From: Raillietiella orientalis
Taxonomy: Eukaryota
Reading direction: 5' to 3'
Length of the DNA: 64,000 bases
Assembly: GCA_036172245.1 (NCBI GenBank)
Contig: JAYWIR010000072.1
Coordinates: forward strand, 186,001 to 250,000
Within the stretch, counting starts at the first letter, position 1; each line of letters starts with the position of its first letter. Below, piece by piece: positions 1 through 10,394 of this stretch. The notes beneath the pieces are model-generated. The model did no database searches, was not told the DNA's origin, and worked only from the letters and a program-made list of their open reading frames with translations. A program made the translations under genes and the position numbers.

Positions 1-714
1 GCGTCGCGGCCGGAAGGGAATCCGCTTCTCGCTGCAAAGCAAACGAGCTCGGAGACGTCGAACTCGGTACCCCGGGAAGAGTTTTCTTTTCTGCATAAGG
101 GATTGCCTCGTACCCTGGAATCGACTCGTACGGAGAGAGAGTCGGGCTCCCGAAGGGCGCCGTGGTTCTTGCGGCGTCCGGAAGGCTCCCTTCGCCCCTT
201 GAAAATCCGAGTGAGGTAGAACGAATCTCGTGCCAGATCGTACCCATATCCGCAGCTGGTCTCCAAGGTGAACAGCCTCTAGACGATAGAATAATGTAGG
301 TAAGGGAAGTCGGCAAACCAGATCCGTAACTTCGGGAGAAGGATTGGCTCTGAGGGTCGAGCCGGTCGGGCATGGCCGGGAAACGGTAGTGGTTTCCTCG
401 CCGTGGCCGGGGGCTAACGAAAGATCGGCGTTTCCTCGCTCGGTCGGGGCGCGCGCGTGCCCGCGAGTCCGATCTGTGTACGCTCAGCGGCTGCCTGCGA
501 CGCTCGCCGGTCGCGCGCGGTCTTTCGTAGCGATACCCGTCTCCCATCCCGGCCTTGCGCGGGATTCCGACCAGCGGAACGGCCTCAGTTGACGCTCCTG
601 TCGGCCGTCGCCCGCCGCCGCGCGCCGTTTTCTTTTCGGCGCGCGGCCGGGCGCTCTGGTCCCGGAGCGTTTCGGCCGGCATGCAGCGATCGACTCAGAA
701 CTGGCACGGACAAA

Positions 715-746
<32 letters not shown>

Positions 747-774
747 CGCGATGGCCGTTGCCGGTGTTGACGCG

Positions 775-806
<32 letters not shown>

Positions 807-850
807 AGTGGAGAGATTCAACCAAGCTCGAGTAAACGGCGGGAGTAACT
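1..850 (+). rRNA. 28S (LSU) rRNA gene fragment, ending in the helix 69 loop
   Basis: Conserved eukaryotic LSU blocks: GTAAGGGAAGTCGGCAAA..GATCCGTAACTTCGGG, GAATCCGACTGTCTAATTAAAACAAAGCAT, TGATTTCTGCCCAGTGCTCTGAATGTCAAAGT, GTAAACGGCGGGAGTAACT. Confidence 0.95.
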
Positions 851-953
851 TTTATTGGCCCACGCTTTTTACAGAAATGTTTGCCCTAGGAGGGTGAATG
901 AACTGTATCTATGGAGGGTCTGGTTTTACACACACACTGTTTTCACACTAAAT

Positions 954-3900
954 TTAAAGATCTTTGAGGTCAGGGAAAGCCGCACAACACCAGGACGAGT
1001 CCACCGCTGGTGATAAGGGGGCTCGAGTCGTCGATCCGGTGTCCGTCGACGGTCTGCTGGTGGTATGGTCAAAATAGATGTCCCGATCTGCCCGGATCAC
1101 CGAGCACACGATCTCAGGGCGAAGCGCCTTTATTTCTGTGTTGCTCAGGCCCAGGCAGCTGAGGACTGCATCGTTGTTAGGGTGCCAGCTTCCTAGCGAC
1201 CCTACAACGAGTGCATCCACCTTGACCATCCTTCCCTGCGCCTCGTAGTCTCTCTGCAGCACACGGTATTTGGCTATCTTGTTGGCTCGGGCAGTCTCCA
1301 GTGACGCTTGTCTGTTCTCGAAGGGGACAGTCACGTCGACAAGGATGATGCGTCGACCATCAGATGCCACGATATCCGGGCGTAGGGAGCTGTTGATGGC
1401 GGGGTCGGAGCGGTCGATCGGCAGCTCAGGCCATTTGGGTCTGATTACTGGTTCAAGGGTGTTCAGGACCGCATTGTTCAGGACCGCCCGAGGATTCGTG
1501 TTCCCAGGTGTCTGGTGCATTGACACAGCACGTGGGCTAATGTTTCTTTCGGGTAGGGGCAGTTTCGGCATGCCTCTTGGAAGCAAGGGCGCTTGCGGTT
1601 CCCATTAAGAAACAACGGATTTAAGCGTGCCCGGTGTAGGAATCGCCAGTCACAGAACCTTATCAATCGACTGTTGTCGAGAAAAGACATGGACGCAGGG
1701 TGCAGCGCCACGCAGTCGATGATTCGGCCTTGATCTGGTTTGTTTCGCAGGCGTTCAAGTCTCTCCAACCTACGGATGCCCCGTATAGATCTCGCCACGA
1801 TCTTACGGTCAGCCTCACGTAGTGTCTTCCCGGAAACCTCTATCGAGGCTTGGCAGTCGGATATACGCCAGCAAAGCGCTAGGCGCTTAGATGCTTCCCG
1901 GGCACGGGACCAAAAGTCTGCGGGGTCGCCAGATGGGAGGTCTAGAAGGGGTGTCAATTCCCCGTTGAGGTACCTGGCGATTAGTTCCGAGGTGGGACTC
2001 TGCCCCGTCTTACGACGCACTGTCTCTCGCAGAGAGGACCAGGCCAGTTCACGGATCGATGGGTCCGGGCACGAGAGGAGCTTGAATGCTGAGTCAGTGG
2101 CCATGATGTCGGCCTCCTCAGCAAGTATCAAGACTCCTAGGCAGCCCTTGCTGACCGTGCCGTAGAGGTACTCGGTCGATGAGGCTTGGGTGAGAGGGAG
2201 GATCTCTTCCTTTAACGCCTTTCGAATGACATGGTCGAGCGATTGCCAAAAGGCTTTCCGCTTCGAACCCATGCGTGGAGCGTGCACGAATGCTGGGAAC
2301 ACGAATGTCTTAAGGGCATCCAGCTTTTGCCAAGGCGCCAGAGGACAGACGAGCACTTTAGCCACACTGTCAGTTATGTGCTCTTCAAGCGCATGGCTGT
2401 GCATAGCATCAAATCCTACAGGCTTCCCTAAATAACTGTATGTGCCTGCATCTGCTAGCCGAGGGACAGTCTCCCAGGGTATTTGGAGTTCCAGGATCGT
2501 AGTGCAGGGACGAGCATTTTTTGGCGTTGATGGTCAGGCCCAGGCGAGTCGCCATGGAGCCTGCCGCGTTTAGCGCTGTTTGCAATGTCTGTGTGTCTTC
2601 GGCAAGGATGACCAAGTCATCCGCGTACGCAAGCACCTTGATCCCGGGCACATGGTTTTTAATTCACTGGCACAGGGGCACGATGGCTATGTCGAACAAT
2701 AGTCCAGACAGCGGGCAACCCTGTTTCACTCCTCTGCTTATGTGTATCGGTGGTGACAGACCGGCAGATGTTACGATTCTTGTGGTGTTGTCCGTGTACA
2801 TTTCGCACACCAGTTCCACAAAACGATCGCCAGCACCCGCACATTGGAGGGAGCACAACAGTTGGGAGTGGGGGATAGATGCGAATGCGTCCTTCAGGTC
2901 CAGCCACGCGGCGCACACGGTTCGATGTTGGCGCTTACTGTGTTCCAACAGATGTGCGAGCATGAAGTTATGCTCTAGGACGCCGTCAAATGGTAGGAAC
3001 CCTTTTTGATGGGGACCAAGAATACCATTTTGTAGGATCCAGTCCCTCACTCGGCGGGACATGCACTTAGTGAAGATTTTCCCTATCGTCCGACTAATGA
3101 TGAGAGGGCGAAGTTGGGAAATGTCTTCGGTGCCCTGGTTGTTCGCCTTGGGGATAAGGGTGGTCCTGGACTCTTTCCACTCGGCCGGTATACGCCGATG
3201 TTGGAGGCACAGGTTGAACATGGCACACAGAAACTTACACTCTGGGTCCATCCTGCGGAACGCAGAGTATGGAATCCCATCAGCACCGGGTGCTGTATCT
3301 TCACACTGTCTGAGGCAGTTCGCAATCTCGGCCTCCGTAAAGGGGAAAAGGTCCACTTGCTCATGCTGGGGCCGAGTTGTGAGGGCCATGATAGGGGACG
3401 AAAGCCAGGAGTTGCTCCAAAAAGGTCAGTGTAATGCTGGAGGATCCGTTCCGGGTCCGCAGTACAGATGGTAGGAGCGCCGTCCAAAATCTGGCGGATA
3501 TCTCGTCGCCGGTTTCTGCGATATAGGCGCTGAATGTACTGAGGTGTCATCACACTCTGTCTTGTTTCAGGCCTAGGCACTGTGAACGGGCGGAGCCTTA
3601 GATGGCTTTGTATTGTTCGGTACGTCGTTGACAGTACCCTGATTGCAAGACACCAAGGATCCACTGTAGGGGCTCTTTGTACGCGGCTGTCCAGTGTTTC
3701 TGCGGCCTCCTCTAAAAGGAGTCGCGACTGAGGTTGCCGAGGTGCTGGTTGCCTTCGCACTGTTTGGGGGTGAGTTGTGGTTGGAGGGGAATGGCCGGTC
3801 ACGAAGCCGGGTGAGTCCCTTTCCTCTCGCTCACTTTCATCCTCTAACAGGGCGAAGCGGGAACCTGTCGCTCTGGGCGCCGGGGCAGTGTTCCGCGTCG

Positions 3901-4756
3901 GTGGTCGACGGGTGGGATTCTGTGCGCCATCACTGCGTGGACGGTTGTTGGCATTTGGAGCAAACCTCCGCGGTTGACTACGCCGGTTCTTGACTGTCTG
4001 CCACCCTTGATCTTGAGGCGGGTCAGGGGGAGGCGGTATATCGGGTATCAGCGTGTCAACATGCGGGGGTGCCCTGCTGTGCAATTCGTCTGCAGTTGCG
4101 GCTGAGTTCCGCGGCATGACCCGCCTGCGTTCCGTCGCGGATGCTATGCTGCTCCCGTCCCTACCGACACTCGGGTCGCTTTGCCGCGCACACTCCCGGG
4201 CAATCGCATTGTGCCAGCGTGCATGGTTCGCCAGTGCCTTTCTATTGAAGAAGGTCTGGGCACAGTTTTGCTGTTGGCAGCGGAGAGGAGCCGGGGGTGT
4301 GATCGGGGCGAGCCTCGGCCCACAGCGGTGATGCCATACAGGTATGGCCAAGCGCTGGTTACAGCGGCGACAGAGGAGGTGGGTGCCACGTACCGGTATC
4401 CGATGCGCGGTTTGTATGTGTCGTCTAAGCGACCCCAGCAACCGCTTGGGTTCCATCCCGGAGGTGGCCCATCTGCATCGCGGTAACGGGCATTCCATGT
4501 TCCTGGTCGTTGGATGGAAAACGATGAGAACGTCCTCCATCGTCAGAATGGGAGCCGTGTTGCTTTGGCTGTCCATCGGTGGAGGCTCAAAACTCACCCT
4601 GGGAGCCAGGAGAGCTATTTCTGGAACCGTATCGGCGCGTGTCGGGCTCTCGTGCGAGCGTAATCTGGCATTCGTCCCACGTGGGCATTGCTGATTATTA
4701 CGTGGTCGCACGTGTGTTCTCGGACGAGCCGAACATTCTGACCGCACTCTGTTCAT
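954..4756 (-). pseudogene. ORF2 of copy A (Zn fingers-RT-CCHC-RLE), frameshifted
   Basis: Split over ORFs 3083-4756, 2664-3389, 2409-2651, 1478-2404 and 954-1586; LAPWQKLDALKTFVFP motif typical of NeSL/Utopia-type RTs. Confidence 0.9.
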
Positions 4757-6081
4757 GCCTGATGGGCCTGGTGGCTCATTAGCTGGATTATTGCTGCTCT
4801 TTGCGTGGTTTGGCGCATTCTGCCGTAAGCGTTGAAACCGAGGGATGATCGGTCTTGCGGTCTTCGCTTCGATTCGACCGCCCGTATGTACGCAGGGTGT
4901 ACGGGAGGCGGCGCAGGAGGGAGGCGCGGGAACAAGACACAGGTTGTCGCCCTCGGTGACAGGTCTTGGATAAGTTCAAGACCAGTTTGTGAGGGGGAGG
5001 CAACAGTCAACGTGGAGTGTCCGGACTGTAGCGATTCCTGTTGCGGGACCATGCTCTCAGAGGAGGTAACACATTGAGGAGGGCGTGCGAAGTAATTGAT
5101 TTCGGCGCTTGACAGCCTCGTTACCATGACTCTGTGCTGGTATGCCCGGTCGAGGTCCATCCTGCCTTGTGGATGCACCGATGACGGTGGCTCCAATAGA
5201 GGAGGGGGCAACTGGATTGAGTGCTCTGCCACAGTGAGCTCTGTTGGCACTACAGTGTCCAGGAGTGATGTTGGAGAGTCGGGCGTGCCGATGACTTTGG
5301 GGGTTGACCTGGAGGCCGGGCCGGGGGTGTGTAGGCTCCTCTGCTTGGGAGTACTGCTGCTGCTCGGTCCGGGATGGTTAAACCAGTTCATCTTTAGCCG
5401 GGATAGGTCTCTTGAACTCCACGACGAATCGGTTGAATCATCCTTGTCCCAAGAGTCTGGGAGCCCAATTGTAGTGCCGCAGTCCTCTCGTGCCTCGTTC
5501 GCAGCACCCTGTACTCTGTCCATGTTCAAGTGTTTCCACTTGTAATGGGCTCTCCTGAGGCCGGGCCTGCCGAAGGATGCATTGCATAACGGGCACTTAT
5601 ATTTCAGTGTTAAAAGCATTTCTGGTAGTGGCACAGGGGGATTGAGGCATCGGTGCTGCGCTAGCGGTTGCTGCGTGCTCTCATTCTTGTGACATACTAC
5701 ACAGAAAAATCTGACGGCCGAAACATGAGTGCCGTGTATTCGATTGAGGTGGGTCTTGAGGTTTCTAACTCGGTTCTTAACATCATTTGCCATGGTGGCA
5801 AACCAGCAGTCTGGATGTGGGCATGGCACCGGGAGGTCTGTGCCATGGGAAATCCAAAGTTCACGCCCGGTAGAGAGGGTGCAGTGAGACGATGGCATAC
5901 TTAAAAGATGGCGCCTGACGCTTCGCGTGATCACGTGGGAAGAAGTCGCAGAGCCAATAGGAGAGCGAGTTCTCCGAGCGGACCAATGGGAGCGCTCGGA
6001 AGGGACGCTAAGTTTTCCCGCGCTAAGCGAGGTTACAAAGGATGTTGAAGATCGATGTGGTCGATCTCTTGGATCAACCAC
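4753..6081 (-). CDS. ORF1 of copy A, zinc-finger protein (C2H2-CCHC-C2H2 module plus low-complexity tail)
   Basis: 442-aa open frame with CPHPDC..HLNRIH, CVVC..HRC and CPLC..HYKWKH; its stop overlaps the ORF2 start (ATGA); start codon uncertain. Confidence 0.7.
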   Translation of the reverse strand: MVDPRDRPHRSSTSFVTSLSAGKLSVPSERSHWSARRTRSPIGSATSSHVITRSVRRHLLSMPSSHCTLSTGRELWISHGTDLPVPCPHPDCWFATMANDVKNRVRNLKTHLNRIHGTHVSAVRFFCVVCHKNESTQQPLAQHRCLNPPVPLPEMLLTLKYKCPLCNASFGRPGLRRAHYKWKHLNMDRVQGAANEAREDCGTTIGLPDSWDKDDSTDSSWSSRDLSRLKMNWFNHPGPSSSSTPKQRSLHTPGPASRSTPKVIGTPDSPTSLLDTVVPTELTVAEHSIQLPPPLLEPPSSVHPQGRMDLDRAYQHRVMVTRLSSAEINYFARPPQCVTSSESMVPQQESLQSGHSTLTVASPSQTGLELIQDLSPRATTCVLFPRLPPAPPPVHPAYIRAVESKRRPQDRSSLGFNAYGRMRQTTQRAAIIQLMSHQAHQA

Positions 6082-6386
6082 CGTGGTTCAATTCCGCACA
6101 AAATCAGTCAAAGAGGACGTGTTGAGGGCCCGGGTGATCGGTTCGAACTGTCAAACCCTCTTACCTTCCCGGCAAGTGTGCTCTCTGGTCTAGGCCATGC
6201 CAGCACGAAGGCGGGAGATGAGAATGTGCACAGCACCCACAAAAATTACCACACAGGCACAAAAGTTGGTAAAAAGGTTCACTGTGGGCAGGAGATGCAC
6301 AGAACGAAAATTCATGAAGGGTCATCCCTGAAAGTTTTTCACAATCAAGAGTCAAACTTCATGCCGCGTCGGAGCTCCGCTCAGAC

Positions 6387-6421
6387 ACGTCCGTCGTGTA
6401 AGGAGTGACGCGCATGAATGG
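6387..6421 (-). promoter_or_regulatory. Putative Inr+DPE core promoter spanning the 28S/element junction
   Basis: Minus strand CCA(+1,6419)TTC and GGACGT starting at 6392 (= +28); same spacing at 9264/9237 and 15963/15936. Confidence 0.5.
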
Positions 6422-6447
6422 ATTAAGGAGATTCCCACTGTCCCTAC

Positions 6448-6490
<43 letters not shown>

Positions 6491-6638
6491 AATCAGCGGG
6501 TAAAGAAGACCCTGTTGAGCTTGACTCTAATCTGGCATTGTGAAGAGACATGAGAGGTGTAGCAGAAGTGGGAGGCGTTCCCGCTGGCAATCTCGGTTCG
6601 CGGCCGCGGTCCGCTCCCTTGCTCCTGCGGCGCGCCGC
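6404..6638 (+). rRNA. 28S rRNA fragment downstream of the R2 region
   Basis: AGTGACGCGCATGAATGGATTA..GAGATTCCCACTGTCCCTA..GAAAGAAGACCCTGTTGAGCTTGACTC-type conserved blocks; near-identical to 15948-16187. Confidence 0.9.
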
Positions 6639-9237
6639 TACGTGTATCGCCTTTCCTCCTCTCTGCCTAACGAGTAATGCCATCGGGCGTGATTCGCGAC
6701 AGCCTTGCTATTGAAGAAGTGTGTATCGCAGTTCGGTTCTGGGCAGGGAAGTGGCGCCGGTTCCTCAAATCGCATCGCCCGGGGTCTCCAATTTCCAGGA
6801 TTCAGATTAACATTGAGAAGTGTTCGACACTTTATTAGGGGGAGATGCTTTGGACTCTGTGTTGTTTCCATGGTAACCAGTGTCGGAATTATATATTGAA
6901 TCTTTTCCATCGCACTGATACATCATGTGTTCCAAATTTCCACTTTTTGTGTTTTGTAATCAATTGAAAATCAGCAGACTTCAATATTGCACTGTTGCGA
7001 CTCTTCCTGACGCTTCCATTTGCAGTGAGTGGCAAATTCCCTTCATGGAAAGCCGCACAGCATTCCAATTTCCAGGATTCAAATTGACATTGAAAAGTGT
7101 TCGACACTTTATTAGGACGGGGTACTTTGGACTCTGTGTTGTTTCCATGGTAACCACTTTCGGAATTAAATGTTGAATGTTTTCCATCGCAGTGATTCAT
7201 CATGTGTTCCACACGGGGATCGGCACATTCACGTTGCATCGTCCACACACGAGGTGGGAGCTACGTACCGGGATCCAGTGAGCCCCTCTCAGGTGTCCGC
7301 GTAGCGATCCTAGAGTAGACTTGGCCTGTTGGGTACTAGTCTGCCACCTGCAGCGTGGTAATGGGCTAGGCATGTTGGTGCTCGTCGGCAAGCATACCAG
7401 GAGAACATCATCCTCAGTCAAGGCCGATGTCACTGCAGTTGCCGATTGCTCTATTGTTGACGAGGGAGTAGTGGTTCTCTGGGGGTATACAGACACCGGC
7501 GATTCGATCAGCTTCCGAGCGTTTGTGGTCGAAGTTCCACATGTTTGTGAAGGGCGCATTGCAGGCGCTTGAGTTGGAACACGAGTGGTCGGTCGCCGGT
7601 CAGTGCTTCCATCTTCAATCGACCGTCACAAGCCTGAGTCAGCCGCATCTGTCGCTGCAGACGGGGGATAACCGGGCTTTGTTGGCGGCGTCTCGGTTTT
7701 TTCCGTTCGACTGCACGCATATATGCCGGGTGTACAGGCGGGGCAGGTGGAGAAGAGTGTGGAATCTGCAGTGCAGATTCCACACTCTTCCACGACCTCT
7801 TTTGTCGGGGAGACTTGTTCAAGCAACTCGGCTCCAGTTTGAGAGGGAGATGCAAGGGTGAGTGTAGAGTGACCGGAGAGCCGCGATTCCGGTATCGGAG
7901 TTACCATTCTGGGGTCCATATTGCACTGTGGAATGCGGGTGAAGTATTCATGTTCGGCCTGCGACAGCCTGGTCACCAGTACCCTTGGTTGGAACGCATG
8001 CTCGAGGTCCTTTGGGTTCGGGACTGAGACAGGCTGTCCGAGTGAGGGAGATGGCAGGCGGACGGGTTGTTCTTCCACCGTCGAATTCGACGGTACTTCG
8101 GTGTCTAGGATGGAAGATGCAGGGTTCGTTGTCCGGTAGGCTTGAGTATTCACATTGTTGCTCCTAGGTGTGGTGTGGTTCCCATTCCGACGTGGGGTGC
8201 TGTGGTCACCTGGTATGATCTGATTAAACCAATTGTTGTGCAACTGTGAAAGGTCTGCTGAGCTGCAAGATGAGTCGGGGAAGTCTGCATCGTACCAGAA
8301 GTTGGAATATTCGTTGCCCTCCCCACAGTCCTCAAGGGCTTCATTAGAGGCACCGAGAGCACGATCCATATTCAAGTGCTTCCATTTGTGGTGCGCCTTT
8401 CGGAGCGAATTGCGTCCGAATGATGCACTGCATTTTGGGCACTTGTGTTTTAGCGTTAACAACATTTCTGAGATAGCCACAGGGGGATTGTGGCACCGAT
8501 GCTGAGTAAGCATCTGGTTGCTGTTCTCGTTTTTGTGGCATTTCACACATCAAAAGCGAACGCCAGGAATGTGCACTCCGTGAATGCGATTCATGTGTGC
8601 TTTCTAGTTCCGCACACGGTTCTTACTGTCTGTCGCCGTAGTGGCGGATACACAGTCAGGGATCGCACAGGGCACTGGAATGTCCATTCCATGTGAAATC
8701 CATAATTCCCGCTCCACGGAGAGCATGCAATACGACGGCGGCATCAGTTCAAGATGGCGCGCGACGCTTCACGCTGTCACGTGGGAGGGAGCGAGAGACC
8801 CAATGAGCGAGCGGGTTCGCCGAGTCGACCAATGAGATCGCTTGGTGGGGACGCTAGTTTTTACCGCGCATACCGATGGAAGAAAGGAAGTTCAGGAACC
8901 GAGGTGGTCGATCCCTGTGGTCGACCACCGTGGTTCCAAGTTTCGGAATGGGAATAAGGGCGACGTAGTAAGGACCCGAGCGGTCAGTTCCGTTGATCAA
9001 TCCCTCTTACCTTCCAGACAAGTGTGCTCTCTGGTCTGAGCCATGGCAGCACACAGGCGGGAGACGAATTTGTCCACTGCGACCACAAAATTTTCCACAC
9101 TTGCACAAAAGTTGGTGGAAAGGTTCACTGTGGGTTGCGGGTTCGTGAGACGAAGAATCACGGGGCGTCACCCCTGAAAATCTGCACTAGCAGCAGTTGC
9201 ACACTGATGTGCGCGGGAGCTCCGGCTAGACACGTCC
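6639..9237 (-). mobile_element. RLE element copy C (diverged subfamily): 5' leader, ORF1 and ORF2 N-terminus only; degenerate
   Basis: Homologous to A ORF1 (KCPKCSASFGRNSLRKAHHKWKH) and to ORF2 fingers (CPEPNC..NHARWH); 5' end at the same 28S position as A. Confidence 0.85.
6787..7211. repeat. Two imperfect ~148-bp AT-rich direct repeats (6787-6934, 7064-7211) inserted in copy C
   Basis: TCCAATTTCCAGGATTCA...CATCATGTGTTCCA occurs twice, period 277 bp. Confidence 0.85.
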
Positions 9238-9286
9238 GTCATCTAAGCAGTGCCGCGCATGAATGGATTAACGAGATTCCCACTGT
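9238..9286 (+). rRNA. Short 28S fragment immediately downstream of the R2 region
   Basis: GTCATCTAA..AGTG.CGCGCATGAATGGATTAACGAGATTCCCACTGT. Confidence 0.85.
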
Positions 9287-10258
9287 GGGATGAACCAAAC
9301 GTTGGGTTACGGCGCCCGACGCGACGCTCATCAGATCCCATGAAAGTTGTTGGTTGCTATGGACAGCAGGACGGTGGCCATGGAAGTCGGAATTTGCTAA
9401 GGAGTGTGTAACGACTCACCTGCCGAAGGAACTAGCCCTGAAAATGGATGGCGCTCAAGCGTCGAGCCTATACCGAACCGCCGGGACAGAGCCGTTCCTG
9501 CCTTCCGGGCCGTTCCGCAGCGGCAGCAGCAGGAGCGTCGGTTCGCGTCGCGGCCGGAAGGGAATCCGCTTCTCGCTGCAAAGCAAACGAGCTCGGAGAC
9601 GTCGAACTCGGTACCCCGGGAAGAGTTTTCTTTTCTGCATAAGGGATTGCCTCGTACCCTGGAATCGACTCGTACGGAGAGAGAGTCGGGCTCCCGAAGG
9701 GCGCCGTGGTTCTTGCGGCGTCCGGAAGGCTCCCTTCGCCCCTTGAAAATCCGAGTGAGGTAGAACGAATCTCGTGCCAGATCGTACCCATATCCGCAGC
9801 TGGTCTCCAAGGTGAACAGCCTCTAGACGATAGAATAATGTAGGTAAGGGAAGTCGGCAAACCAGATCCGTAACTTCGGGAGAAGGATTGGCTCTGAGGG
9901 TCGAGCCGGTCGGGCATGGCCGGGAAACGGTAGTGGTTTCCTCGCCGTGGCCGGGGGCTAACGAAAGATCGGCGTTTCCTCGCTCGGTCGGGGCGCGCGC
10001 GTGCCCGCGAGTCCGATCTGTGTACGCTCAGCGGCTGCCTGCGACGCTCGCCGGTCGCGCGCGGTCTTTCGTAGCGATACCCGTCTCCCATCCCGGCCTT
10101 GCGCGGGATTCCGACCAGCGGAACGGCCTCAGTTGACGCTCCTGTCGGCCGTCGCCCGCCGCCGCGCGCCGTTTTCTTTTCGGCGCGCGGCCGGGCGCTC
10201 TGGTCCCGGAGCGTTTCGGCCGGCATGCAGCGATCGACTCAGAACTGGCACGGACAAA

Positions 10259-10290
<32 letters not shown>

Positions 10291-10318
10291 CGCGATGGCC
10301 GTTGCCGGTGTTGACGCG

Positions 10319-10350
<32 letters not shown>

Positions 10351-10394
10351 AGTGGAGAGATTCAACCAAGCTCGAGTAAACGGCGGGAGTAACT
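9283..10394 (+). rRNA. 28S rRNA fragment (mid-gene up to helix 69)
   Basis: GGGATGAACCAAACG, GACAGCAGGACGGTGGCCATGGAAGTCGGAA, CCCTGAAAATGGATGGCGCT; 9545-10394 repeats 1-850. Confidence 0.95.

Larger units (their letters stand above)
851..6403 (-). mobile_element. RLE non-LTR retrotransposon, NeSL/R5/Utopia-like, copy A; full length, antisense in 28S
   Basis: Flanked on both sides by 28S. Zn-finger ORF1 and ORF2 with RT (GVKQGCPLS, YADD), CCHC (CRNCPYPKETLAHVLCQC) and RLE (RPD..VDVTVPFENR..KIAKY). 3' end is AATAAA abutting 28S. Confidence 0.92.

Noticed and set aside
1..850. Species assignment (a whipworm-like nematode crossed my mind)
   Set aside because: Cannot be supported without a database search of the expansion segments.
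851..6403. Canonical R2 element
   Set aside because: Opposite orientation, different junction, two ORFs, no recognisable Myb domain, and NeSL/Utopia-type motifs.
6150..6420. HDV-like ribozyme at the element 5' end
   Set aside because: Could not assign the P1-P4 nested pseudoknot by eye; needs a covariance search.
6787..7211. TRIM/LTR mini-element
   Set aside because: No TG..CA termini, PBS or PPT recognised, and the repeats are visibly diverged.
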